Virus record (IMG/VR): IMGVR_UViG_3300010376_000037
Location: 1 to 62,388 of that record
Length of the DNA stretch: 62,388 nucleotides
Source: a virus
Taxonomy: Duplodnaviria > Caudoviricetes
Strand: one strand, 5' to 3'
The position numbers and the translations under genes were made by a program. The notes under the pieces were generated by a model. That model was not told where the DNA came from and ran no database searches. It was given only the letters and a program-made list of their open reading frames with translations. This document shows positions 1 to 9,137 of the stretch, one piece after another. Every line of letters starts with the position of its first letter. The first letter of the stretch is position 1.

Positions 1-1422
1 CATCGAGGGGCCGAAGAGGCGCGTCGCGGTGTATTGCAGGGCGTCTGCCGGGTGGCTGTACGAGTTCTTCTCAGGCTTCTCGGCCCAGCGCTCGGTGCCG
101 GCGATCTGGATCTTCCGGTAGTGATAGCCGCCCATCAGCGCCCGTCGCAGCCGCTGGCACCTAGGGTGGAGATTGAACCCCGGCCGCCCGTCGTCATCCA
201 TCGTACGTAACGCCTTGCGCACGCACTCCTGGCGTATCTGCGGGCTCTGCATCCCAGGATCGATGGCAATGCCTTTGGTGTGCAGGATATCAAAACACGT
301 GCGCTCATCGGTCTCCGACCGCGATGTGCCCGCCGGATCGCCTGTGTCGATGAACTCAGTGTCGGGGAAGTATTGCGTGCTATGGCTCAGCACGCGGTCG
401 GAAAACCGGTCGATCCCCATTGAGTCGGCACACAGTTCGTCCACGATGATCCATTGCCCCGTAGGACGTAGCTGGCTGAACACACAGGCGGGCGTTAGTC
501 CGAAATCCCAGCCCCGGTGCACCGGCAGACGTGGGTCTGTCTTTGGCCAGCGTTTCTCGTCGGCACTCCCCGGACAGTGAACATTGTCATGGTATTCCGG
601 GAACACCGGCCTCCCCTCGGTGACGAAGCCATACTCCCCTTTGCAATAAACGCGCACCCACTCATCGCTTTTATCGATCGCGAGCCGCTGCCAGTAGCCG
701 GGCGACTGGTTCTTGCTGTTCTCCGCCTGTGGGGATAACCCGCTGGGCTGTTTGAAGATCCGCGCGTATTTTTCAGTGGTTAGCCCGGGGATAAACGCCG
801 CCAGCTGCTCCACCGCCTCGCGGTGATCCGACTGCTCAAAGAAGCGGTACCACGCCGAATCGGTGTCCGGCGGGTTGGTGTCCATCACGATGCCGGCCCA
901 GGTAGCGCCGCCGTCGCGCCGCGCGGGATAGCGATCCACGCGGCCCTGCAGCGCGTCGATGATCGCCCACGGCACCTCACGCGCCTCGTTCACCCAGGCG
1001 CCGGTCAGATCCAGCGACAGCAGGTTGCGCACGTGGTCCGGCCGGTCCAGCGCGCGGAAGAGCAATTCTATCTCCGCACACTTCTTGTCGCCCGGCGCGA
1101 TCAACGTGTTGAGCAGGTATTCGTGCTCAGTGGCGCGCCATTTCCCCATCATGGGGTAGGGAAACCACTGGTGCACCGTCCTGATCGTGGTGTCGTTGAG
1201 CTGCCGGTAGGTGTTGCGGATCACCGCCCAGCGGGTGCGCCGGATGCCGTCCGGCCCCGGCGTCTGCTTCAGCCCTCTGTTCACTATGTCCCAGATGCAG
1301 CCGCTGCTCTTGCCCGATCCGAAGGGGCCCATGAGCCCGCGTATGAACGCGTCGTCATTCAGAAAAGCCCATATCGTTGGCACATCGTAAGTATTATAAT
1401 TTAAGATCTGTGACTTAGGCAT
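1..1422 (-). CDS. terL: Terminase large subunit (3' end runs off the window)
   Basis: Manual translation of both ends. ATG 1422 gives MPKSQILNYNTYDVPTIWAFLNDDAFIRGLMGPFGSGKSSGC (Walker A). The same frame near position 1 gives KNSYSHPADALQY, a typical terminase nuclease motif. Absent from the ORF track, consistent with no stop in the window. Confidence 0.93.
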   Translation of the reverse strand, partial: MPKSQILNYNTYDVPTIWAFLNDDAFIRGLMGPFGSGKSSGCIWDIVNRGLKQTPGPDGIRRTRWAVIRNTYRQLNDTTIRTVHQWFPYPMMGKWRATEHEYLLNTLIAPGDKKCAEIELLFRALDRPDHVRNLLSLDLTGAWVNEAREVPWAIIDALQGRVDRYPARRDGGATWAGIVMDTNPPDTDSAWYRFFEQSDHREAVEQLAAFIPGLTTEKYARIFKQPSGLSPQAENSKNQSPGYWQRLAIDKSDEWVRVYCKGEYGFVTEGRPVFPEYHDNVHCPGSADEKRWPKTDPRLPVHRGWDFGLTPACVFSQLRPTGQWIIVDELCADSMGIDRFSDRVLSHSTQYFPDTEFIDTGDPAGTSRSETDERTCFDILHTKGIAIDPGMQSPQIRQECVRKALRTMDDDGRPGFNLHPRCQRLRRALMGGYHYRKIQIAGTERWAEKPEKNSYSHPADALQYTATRLFGPSM

Positions 1423-1569
1423 GAGATCAGCCGGTGGTTACGCGCCAGAGGGTAGCGCCCTGACGACTACCCGCAACCACCGGCCAGCTCTGTGTTGTCG
1501 ATGCATTCCGCGACGTCGGCTCGGCACGACGAGATCGATCCCCTATCCTGGCACACTCGAACCATTCGA

Positions 1570-1860
1570 CTAGCTACCCGGCAGACCATCGCACGTGGTC
1601 CACAGCGCTGAGAACAGCAGCTTGGCCAAGACCTCACGCGACGCCCGGTGCGGCCACGACCTCACCACCGAGGCCAGTGCGAGGCTCAGCACGAACGCCA
1701 TCTCGGTAGGCTCGCCGTCGCACTTGGCGTGCACCGCGTCGACCACCTGATTGGCCAGGGCGCTGAGCCGCAGCTCACGCAGCCCGGCGACGCGCTCTGC
1801 TCGCTCGGCACTCTCTGCAGGATCGGCTAGCTCAGTGCCACCGGCCCCCTCGATCATCAC
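1570..1860 (-). CDS. Hypothetical protein
   Basis: ORF co-oriented with neighbours; start uncertain. Confidence 0.5.
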   Translation of the reverse strand: MMIEGAGGTELADPAESAERAERVAGLRELRLSALANQVVDAVHAKCDGEPTEMAFVLSLALASVVRSWPHRASREVLAKLLFSALWTTCDGLPGS

Positions 1861-1899
1861 GGCCCGCTCTATCTGCTCGGCGCACTCGCGAGCCTGCGG

Positions 1900-2133
1900 C
1901 TAGTCCTTACCGACCTGCGACATGTCCTGCAGCGGCTCGGGCAGCTCGTTCTCGTGCTCCATCGTCCACGGCTCCGGCGGCATCCCGGCATAGGCGTGGA
2001 AGATGTAGTTCTCCCGGTTCAGCGGCACCTCGTTGTTGAACATCCAGTTCAGCACCGCGTCACCGGTCCGGTGCTGCGCCAGCTGTGATCGCAGCTCACT
2101 CTCCGGTGTCTGGCCCTGACTCCTCATCGCCAT
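1900..2133 (-). CDS. Hypothetical protein
   Basis: 77-aa ORF with protein-like composition, overlapping the end of the 693-aa gene. Confidence 0.6.
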   Translation of the reverse strand: MAMRSQGQTPESELRSQLAQHRTGDAVLNWMFNNEVPLNRENYIFHAYAGMPPEPWTMEHENELPEPLQDMSQVGKD

Positions 2134-4177
2134 TGTCGACTCCTGTAATCCAGCTCGGCGGCTTCAGCCCCTTGGCGTGCCTTACGATAGCCTCTCTTCT
2201 CTCATCTGGGGTTTTGTTACGCCATTCGCCACGATTTTTCCAAATACTGGCGATGTGCTGCACGAACTTCGAATCGCGCCGTTGCTCGGGCGAGAACAGC
2301 CCGCGGATGCCCTCCCAGGTCACGCTCTGCAGCTCCCTGGGCAAGACCTTCAGATCCTCGGCCGCCCGCCGGTAAGCCTCGGCGTACAGCCCGTACAGCC
2401 CCTTGTTGCCGAGGGTGTCGTTGTTGGCGGCGCCGACCGCGCCCGCCTTGGTGCTGGTGCCGAGCCCGTGGCCGACCTCCAGCGCGCTTGACCCGAGCGG
2501 CTGCAGCAGCGCCGCGGCGATCGCGTGGGTGTCGATGGTGACGTCGCCGTGCGGTGCGTCGTGGGCGATGATGTTGTTGTAGAAGTTCCGGATCTTGTGG
2601 TTCTTGCCCATGATCCGGGAGATCGTCTCCAGGCTGCCGTCGCGCAGCGCCTCCATCGCCTTGGAGATCTCCTTGAACGAGCCCCAGCTCACCTTCCTGG
2701 GTGTCGTCGCCTCCTTCAGCTGTCCTTTGCGCTTGCCGCTCGTGTAGTACTTCGCCGGCACCATCGAGGTGGACCCGAAGTCGCCTTCCGGATTGACGAT
2801 GCGGTAATCGCGCGGGTTGTGGGCCTCGTCGTGCCAACGGGCCCAGACCGACTGCTCATAAGGGTCGGTCAGCTGGCTGTAGTCGGTGGTTTTGAATTTC
2901 TCCTTCAGCCCCTCCAGCTTGTCGATCTGCGCCGGCAGCTGGCGCATCTTGTCGCTGACCGGCAGGCCCTTCGCCTCCCGCTTGCGGATGCGGTCGGCGT
3001 GCGCGAGGCGAACCCCTTGGATGTAGCGGTCAGCGTAATCACGCATCTCCGGGGTAAAGTAAAAGTTGCTGCCCTGCTTGGTGGCTGCCTGATTGATGTC
3101 GAGCAGCCGCTTGGCCAGATCGACGTTCTGGAACCAGTCCTTCTGCGGCGACAGCGACGCCATCATCGCGGCGACCTGTTCCGGCTTCAGGTTGTATTCC
3201 CTGGCCCACTTGTGGGCGAGGCCGTTAGCACCGGCATACCAGAGCTTGGCCCGACCGACGACGCCGGGACCGATGTCCGGATGCGCGCCCATCTTGCGGT
3301 AGAGCCACTTCAGATTGTCGCTGAGGTGGTTGATGAACCGCTCGGTGATGACGTCCGGGTTGTCGCTACGCAGGTGCTGCAAGGCCGGGTAGTTGGCCTT
3401 GATCATCGCCGCGTTCTTGTCCCAGGCCTCTTTCGCCCGCTGCATGCTGTCGAGGCCGATCGACAGCCCGTTGGTGGCGTGCGCGTCGACGCCGCTCTTG
3501 CGCTGCTCGGGGTCCGACGGGATGCGGGTCGAGATGCGCTTGGCGTCCTGGCTCTGGGTCTGGTCGAGCACGCCCCGCAGCAGCGGCGACATCGGCGGCC
3601 CGGCCGCCGCCTGCTGCTGCGCCTGAGTGGCGTCCAGCACCTGCCGCAGCGCGTCGCTGCCGCCGCCATACTCCGGCACCGGAGGCGCCAGCGCCGAGGC
3701 GGCGCGCAGCCGGTTGCGCAGCGAGAGCTGCCCGGTCATGGGGTTCTGGCGGAACTGGGTGACGTCGGTCGGGCCACCGCCACCAGCGAGCATACCCGCC
3801 GGCATGTCTGGCGCGGGCGCGAGTTGCGCCAGCTGCCGCGAGCCCGGCTGCTGCGCCTCGGCGGACGACGGGCCGGTGGGTACGTCCAATAGTGCGCCCG
3901 TCAAAGGCTGCGGCGGCTGCGGCGGCGTCTGCACGCCCGGCGTCGGGCCCATCGGCCCCATCATCCGGCGCAGCGCCTGCTGCGGCGGCCCGGAGATCGC
4001 CCCCAGCCCCGGCTCCGGCATCGGCGGCTGGATCGGCGCCATCGGTGGCGTGGCCGGCGTCTGCCACAGCGGGTCGGTCAGCTTGGCCAGCGGATCGAGC
4101 TGGCGGCGATACTTCTCCAGCGGCCCCTCGGTCTGCGGCACCTGCGGGAACGGAATCGGACCCAGGCGGTCGCTCAT
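2096..4177 (-). CDS. Large protein with Pro/Gln-rich N-terminus and C-terminal helical DNA-glycosylase-like (DUF7178-like) domain
   Basis: Motif series LWY..AAMMASLSPQKDWFQN..KIRNFYNNI..VTIDTH..YAEAYRRAA..PRELQSVTW recalls a conserved phage domain; ATGA overlap with the upstream gene. The CDS is secure, the function tentative. Confidence 0.6.
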   Translation of the reverse strand: MSDRLGPIPFPQVPQTEGPLEKYRRQLDPLAKLTDPLWQTPATPPMAPIQPPMPEPGLGAISGPPQQALRRMMGPMGPTPGVQTPPQPPQPLTGALLDVPTGPSSAEAQQPGSRQLAQLAPAPDMPAGMLAGGGGPTDVTQFRQNPMTGQLSLRNRLRAASALAPPVPEYGGGSDALRQVLDATQAQQQAAAGPPMSPLLRGVLDQTQSQDAKRISTRIPSDPEQRKSGVDAHATNGLSIGLDSMQRAKEAWDKNAAMIKANYPALQHLRSDNPDVITERFINHLSDNLKWLYRKMGAHPDIGPGVVGRAKLWYAGANGLAHKWAREYNLKPEQVAAMMASLSPQKDWFQNVDLAKRLLDINQAATKQGSNFYFTPEMRDYADRYIQGVRLAHADRIRKREAKGLPVSDKMRQLPAQIDKLEGLKEKFKTTDYSQLTDPYEQSVWARWHDEAHNPRDYRIVNPEGDFGSTSMVPAKYYTSGKRKGQLKEATTPRKVSWGSFKEISKAMEALRDGSLETISRIMGKNHKIRNFYNNIIAHDAPHGDVTIDTHAIAAALLQPLGSSALEVGHGLGTSTKAGAVGAANNDTLGNKGLYGLYAEAYRRAAEDLKVLPRELQSVTWEGIRGLFSPEQRRDSKFVQHIASIWKNRGEWRNKTPDERREAIVRHAKGLKPPSWITGVDNGDEESGPDTGE

Positions 4178-6012
4178 GGTACCCCAGCTTTGTGGTCGCG
4201 CAGCGCGTCAGCACCCGCTTCCACCATTGCCGGCAGCCCGTTGCGCCTGACGATGTGGAGCGTGCGCGGATCGAACACCACGTAGTTGTGGCTCACCTTG
4301 GACATCGCCTGCTGGTGATAGGCCCGCTCCTTCTCGATGTCCTTCGGGTCAGCGCCCATGGCGTGCATCATCAGGATGCGTCCCTCCAGGCGGCGCGCCT
4401 CCTCCAAGTGCTGCCGGCTGTTGTGGTCGGCGTAGCGGATGCCGGGGATGCCGATCTTCAGCAGCGTCCTCGCGCCATGCACCGGATCATTGTCGCCGAA
4501 CACATTAACTGAGGCGAGCCGGTGCACCTGTTCGCCCGTGCGGTGTCCGGACTCCTCCTCCTCCATCCCAGCATTGGCGAGCTGGTTACGCACGTAGTCA
4601 CTCTGCTCGGTGAGCGGACGGTCCCAGTCCAGCAGGTGCTCCGGATGCACGTGCAGCTCGCTCTCGTAGAGGCTGCCCTCGGTCTTTCGGAAGTCGTCCG
4701 GGTTCAGCTGCTGTAGTACCACATAGGCCTGGATGTAGCGCTGCGCGGTGCGCAGATCGGCCGGCGAGCCGGTCAGCCGCGCCAGCCCGGCCGTCGTCTG
4801 ATACGACCGCTCCAGCCGCTCGATCGCGGCAGCCGCCGAGATGTTCTCCTCGTCCATCATCTCAGCCACGCCATGGATCGCCAGCGAGCGCGGGTCCATG
4901 CGATCGAATTTCGGCACCTTGCCCTGATAGGTCGCCCCGGCCGACAGGTCGTCGCGGTAGCGCTGCGCCACCTTCTCGTTGCCCGCCTGATAGATGCCGT
5001 GGCCGAACATCTGGGCGCCCTCGCCCGTGCCGATCTTCTTCAGCATGAACTCGCCCAGCGGATTGGCGCGCGTCGGCTCATACTGATGCGGCGTGCCGTG
5101 GTGCACGCTGATCGGCGCAGCGGTCCTGATCAGCTGGCCACTGCCATAGGCCTCCGGACCGGGCGCCGTCGGCACGTTGCCGCGCGCGTCGATCTGCGCC
5201 AGCGCCTGCCGCTGCAGCTGCTCGCCCTGGTCATAGTCGGTGATCGGCTGGCCATCGAGCGGGCTGTACGCCCCGGCCTGCAGGTCGTGCACCATGTGCA
5301 CCACGTCAGGCCGGCCGCCGTTGTGGGCCTTGAAGACCTCGCGGTCCCACCCCTCCGGCGCATACTCGTCGTTGAACGGCAGCCGCGACACCGCGCGGAA
5401 GCCCGACTGGCTGTAGATGTCCGGCAGCACAGTGTCGAACGCATCGAGCCGCCGCCCGCCCTGGCTGGTGGCGAGGTCGAGCATCGAGCGGGTCACGTTA
5501 CGGTAGGGCGCCTTCGGGTGCTTGAAGACGCTGACGATGTCATCGCCCTTCAACGCGAATCCGGCATCGCCCTCCGGCGTGCTGAACATCCGCATGTTGC
5601 GGTAGTCTTCAGCTGGATACTGGGTGACAGCCGCACCGGCTCTGTGCGCCGCCTTAGCCGCGCCAATTGCGCCGTGGAACGCATCAGCTGCTTCGGGATG
5701 CAGCTCGTGATAGGTCGGGTTGGAAGCGTCGCGATACTTGGCCTTCGGCGTGAAGACCGTCTTGACCGGCCCGATGCCTAGACTAGATGCCTCAGTTCTT
5801 CCCGGGCTTCTGCCACTGTAATTCCCTTGTCCTTGGCCAGCTTGTGCGCCAAGCGCTCCAAGGTCTTGTCCGCCTCCCGCGCTTCCTCCGGGGTTACCTT
5901 GTAATGATGCGGCGGTTGCCGGCTCAGCTGCTGGCTGCCCTTGGGCGAGTTGGCCACTAACGCCTCCTGACGTTGCCAGCGGATACGGGATGGTGCCGAG
6001 ACTCTGGCTCAT
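4174..6012 (-). CDS. Polyvalent protein: GNAT-like domain plus ADP-ribosyltransferase-like (ART-PolyVal) domain
   Basis: GFALKGDDIVSVF..GGRRLDAFDTVLPDIYSQSGF..PDVVHM (GNAT-like), then HHGTPH..IGTGEGAQMFGHGIY..GIPGIRY..NYVVFD (ART-like). Confidence 0.68.
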   Translation of the reverse strand: MSQSLGTIPYPLATSGGVSGQLAQGQPAAEPATAASLQGNPGGSAGGGQDLGALGAQAGQGQGNYSGRSPGRTEASSLGIGPVKTVFTPKAKYRDASNPTYHELHPEAADAFHGAIGAAKAAHRAGAAVTQYPAEDYRNMRMFSTPEGDAGFALKGDDIVSVFKHPKAPYRNVTRSMLDLATSQGGRRLDAFDTVLPDIYSQSGFRAVSRLPFNDEYAPEGWDREVFKAHNGGRPDVVHMVHDLQAGAYSPLDGQPITDYDQGEQLQRQALAQIDARGNVPTAPGPEAYGSGQLIRTAAPISVHHGTPHQYEPTRANPLGEFMLKKIGTGEGAQMFGHGIYQAGNEKVAQRYRDDLSAGATYQGKVPKFDRMDPRSLAIHGVAEMMDEENISAAAAIERLERSYQTTAGLARLTGSPADLRTAQRYIQAYVVLQQLNPDDFRKTEGSLYESELHVHPEHLLDWDRPLTEQSDYVRNQLANAGMEEEESGHRTGEQVHRLASVNVFGDNDPVHGARTLLKIGIPGIRYADHNSRQHLEEARRLEGRILMMHAMGADPKDIEKERAYHQQAMSKVSHNYVVFDPRTLHIVRRNGLPAMVEAGADALRDHKAGVP

Positions 6013-6025
6013 GAGCCGGCACCAT

Positions 6026-6936
6026 ACACGCGCTCTTACTCATCGGCACACTCTCGAACTTCGGCTCGCACACGTATCTCGGCACTCGCGCGGTGAACGG
6101 CTCACTCAGGTCTTTCGGCACCCACATTTGTCACGGTTCACTCCGTTCAAGCGGCACCCTCATTCATCACGGTTCACTCTGTTCCTTCGGCACTCGCATG
6201 CAAGCCGGTTCGCACTCCCATAACAGCACTCTCTAACCAAACGGCTGCGTTCAGTTTCTTCGGCACTCACAGCGTCCACAACTCGCTCTTCTGTATTTGG
6301 CACTCACAGCTTCCGCGACTCACTCGTCGGTGGCAGCACCCTCAGGTACGTCGGCCACTCCGCTCAGTCGGAACACTCCACCTGTTCGGTTCACTCTATA
6401 CAGCCGGCACTCACATCCGACCCGGTTCACTCCCCATCTTCAGCGCGCTCTAAACCGTCGGATCGCTCCTCATCGTCGGCGCCCACAAACTTGACGACTC
6501 GCTCCGTTCTCACGGTTCACTCAGCGCCAACGGCTCGCTCCATCACATCCAAAACCTTCCGCCCCCGCGGCTCGCTCCCAGGTTTCGGCACCCACTGTCT
6601 GATCGACTGCTCGACATTCTCGGCACCCGCTGACCGTTCGGCTGCTCTGCATTCTCGGCGCCCTCTACCCGATACGACTGCTCGACAGTCTCGGCGCCCT
6701 CTCTCCCCCACGGCTCGCACATCCTCACCGGTACCCTCTTCTAATCGGCTCGCTCCTCAGTTTCGGCACACACAAACACCGCGGCTCGCTCCGCTATTTC
6801 GGCACCCACAAACTTGACGACTCGCTTACCTGTATCGGCACACACCTTCTTGGCGGCTCGTTCGGGGGTTTCGATACCGTCACTCGACCCGGCTCGCTCT
6901 ATCGTTTCGGCACACTCACGATTTTTCGGCTAGCTC
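6026..6936 (-). ncRNA. TIGR-like dual-repeat array 1 (about 25 units of 36 nt)
   Basis: Plus strand alternates CGGYTCRCTC and CGGCACYCWC separated by 8-nt (occasionally 7 or 9) variable segments, e.g. cggcacactc tcgaactt cggctcgcac acgtatct cggcactcgc gcggtgaa cggctcactc. Strand inferred from flanking genes. Confidence 0.88.
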
Positions 6937-6948
6937 GAATTGTGGACA

Positions 6949-7131
6949 TCATCGATCGTATCCTGCCAGCCATACTTCTTTCTGCTCGTCTGTAAGATCG
7001 TCTGGCGGCACGCGGGGCTGTTTGTCGAGATCGGCCTTGATGCCCATCTTATAGACGCGCTTCCACCAGCTTCGATCGCTCACGTTTCGGCCTGCATCCC
7101 GTCCAGCATGCGTCTGCTGCGGCGCCCTCAC
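6949..7131 (-). CDS. Small protein, possibly Rmf/CrpP-like fold
   Basis: GTGA overlap with the stop of the Nop-domain gene; RVYKMGIKA...QKEVWLAGYD resembles the Rmf-like pattern. Confidence 0.5.
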   Translation of the reverse strand: MRAPQQTHAGRDAGRNVSDRSWWKRVYKMGIKADLDKQPRVPPDDLTDEQKEVWLAGYDR

Positions 7132-8483
7132 GCACGTCGGCCCTGCGGATACTGCGCCCGCGCCTTCGCCTCAGCCAACTCAGGCACCAGCTCCAGGTTC
7201 GGCACCTCCAGCCGATGCGCGTGACCCGGCACATTCTCCAGCACATACGGGAACGGCGGCAGCCGCTGGTAGGTGGTCCAGTAAAGCACCTCATGGAAGT
7301 GCGCCAGGAACAGCTTCACCGCACGCCGCTGCGCCCGCAGGTGAATCCGCGCAGGCGGCAGCATCCCCTGGCTGTACCACTTGAACGCGTCAGTGTTCGG
7401 GCTGAACCGCTTCTCCTCCAGCGACGTCCTCGCCTGCTCGGCATACAAATGCTGCTGGTTGCGCGCCGTCTCCCAGTCCTTCCGCGACTTATACAGCTTG
7501 CCGTAGAAGTCGTCCGGCCGGTTAGACACCTTAACAAAGCTGTCACCGATCAGAAAGCACAGCCGCTTCAGCGACGCGTTCCACGGCCGCTTGGCCAGCC
7601 CCTTGATCACCGCGGCGCGGCTCATGTCGACCTCGCTGGTCTCGCGGTCGACCAGCCGCAGCCGGATGCGCTCGGGGCTGGAGTTCACCGCAGCGCACAT
7701 CCGGAGGAACTGGTCCTCCGACACCTCGGCGCCGCGCCTGCGCTTGCCGCTGCCGTCATCGCTCAGCACCTTGTCCACCAGATCAGTGGCCTTCGCCGTG
7801 CCCAGCCACTTGTTGGTCGGATCGAGCCCGGCGAAGCGCCAGATGTGGCCGACCGTCGGGGCTTTGGTGATGTCGATGTTGGCTAAGAGGCCGGCGGCGA
7901 TCACCGGGCCGATGCCCTTGTTGCTGCGCGCCCATACGCCAGCCGTGTGGCTGCCGCTGTAGTAGTCGAGCGCCGAGCGGATCTGCTTCTCCAGGTGCTC
8001 CTCCTGGCCATACAGCCACTCCAGCACGTCATGCGGCTCGGCGGTCCAGAACTCCTTGCCGGTCTCGGTCGCAGTCTTCTTCGGCTCCGCCAGGGTACGC
8101 ACCTGATGCGCTGAGCGGATGCGGTTCTCCTGCATCGAGTAGTAGGCATCGACCAGGAAGCGCGCCTCGCTCTGGCCGAGCGTGCGGCTGGCCTGCTTGA
8201 GGTCGCCGGTCAGCTTGGCGAGCGGCGTTAAGAGGCCCGGGTCGGCGGTCGCGGTCATCTGCTGGTAGAGCGCATCGAGGCGCTGGAACAGCCCGACCAT
8301 GATCTCGCGCGGCGCGCCGCTGCTGTGGCGCAGGATGTCCATCGCCTGGATCACCAGATCCAGCGGCTCGCTGTCGAGGAAGTCCTCCGGGCCCTGCGGC
8401 TCGTCGGGCGGCGGAGGCGGTGGTGGCGCGGCGCCCTTGCCGCCGCCGTTCTTACTGCGTCCTGTGGTGGTCGGTGTTCTCAC
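7128..8483 (-). CDS. tasA: TasA-like Nop/IS110-C-terminal-domain RNA-binding protein
   Basis: Coiled-coil region (LVDAYYSMQENRIRSAHQVR..EEHLEKQIRSAL), then KGIGPVIAAGLLANIDITKAPTVGHIWRFAGLDP..RPWNASLK..HLRAQRRAVKLFLAH. No RuvC/DEDD or HNH motif seen. RBS AGGAG; flanked on both sides by 36-nt arrays. Confidence 0.85.
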   Translation of the reverse strand: MRTPTTTGRSKNGGGKGAAPPPPPPPDEPQGPEDFLDSEPLDLVIQAMDILRHSSGAPREIMVGLFQRLDALYQQMTATADPGLLTPLAKLTGDLKQASRTLGQSEARFLVDAYYSMQENRIRSAHQVRTLAEPKKTATETGKEFWTAEPHDVLEWLYGQEEHLEKQIRSALDYYSGSHTAGVWARSNKGIGPVIAAGLLANIDITKAPTVGHIWRFAGLDPTNKWLGTAKATDLVDKVLSDDGSGKRRRGAEVSEDQFLRMCAAVNSSPERIRLRLVDRETSEVDMSRAAVIKGLAKRPWNASLKRLCFLIGDSFVKVSNRPDDFYGKLYKSRKDWETARNQQHLYAEQARTSLEEKRFSPNTDAFKWYSQGMLPPARIHLRAQRRAVKLFLAHFHEVLYWTTYQRLPPFPYVLENVPGHAHRLEVPNLELVPELAEAKARAQYPQGRRA

Positions 8484-8498
8484 TATCAGCTCCTATGT

Positions 8499-8900
8499 TG
8501 GGTCACTCTGGGGATTGGGCACTCTCTCCCGGATCGGTTCACTCATGCTCAACGGCGCACTCGCGATTGTCGGTTCACTCTTCTTCATCGGCACCCGCAT
8601 CAAGGGCGGTTCACTCGGGGGCTGCGGCACTCGCCATGCCATCGGTTCACTCTCTTCCTGCGGCACTCTCGGATCATTCGGTTCACTCCGGGCTGTCGGC
8701 ACACGCGGCGATCGTGGTTCGCTCCATCTCATCGATGCACTCAAGCTCGTCGGCTCACTCCTTGTTCTCGGTGCCCTCCAGCACGCTGGTTCACTCACGG
8801 CAATCGGCACGCACCAAGCTTTCGGCTCGTTCGGGTGGGACGGCACTCGCGTCAAACACGACTCGCACCCAACTCACGGCACCCTCAGTTTGCACGGCTG
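8499..8900 (-). ncRNA. TIGR-like dual-repeat array 2 (about 11 units of 36 nt)
   Basis: Regular 18-nt period: cggttcactc ttcttcat cggcacccgc atcaaggg cggttcactc gggggctg cggcactcgc catgccat cggttcactc; lies directly upstream of the Nop-domain gene. Confidence 0.9.
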
Positions 8901-8921
8901 GGTTCTGTTGGGCTGAGTTGG

Positions 8922-8949
8922 AGCTTACACGCGGCGCCCTGCGAGTCAA
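8922..8949 (-). promoter_or_regulatory. Putative sigma70 promoter for array 2 and tasA
   Basis: Minus strand TTGACT-16 nt-TAAGCT about 20 nt upstream of the first repeat. Confidence 0.5.
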
Positions 8950-9137
8950 CTGTAAATCTTAGCCTATCTTACCCCATCAGCCTCCTGGCAAGGCCTGATA
9001 GGTCGATAGAAAGACAGCAACGAAGCAGAATAGCTAGCTAAGGCACGGCACCCAGCAGCCACAGCACCAGCGCCGACGACCCCACCGCCAGCAGCAGCAC
9101 CGTCACGCCACCTACCGCAACAACGAACCAGACCGCA

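Noticed and set aside
173-1404. Plus-strand ORFs in the track
   Set aside because: They are antisense shadows of the terL frame.
7128-8483. IS110 insertion sequence
   Set aside because: No N-terminal DEDD RuvC domain or catalytic-serine loop was seen, and the flanks are periodic arrays.
6026-8900. CRISPR array interpretation of the repeats
   Set aside because: Repeats are about 10 nt, degenerate and of two alternating types, with about 8-nt spacers. No cas genes were recognised.
5990-9041. ORFs over arrays 1 and 2 (e.g. 5990-6223, 6491-6817, 8299-8916, 8420-8962, 8493-8855)
   Set aside because: An 18-nt period keeps several frames open on both strands and yields hexad pseudo-repeats. Scattered 1-nt indels in array 1 argue against coding constraint.
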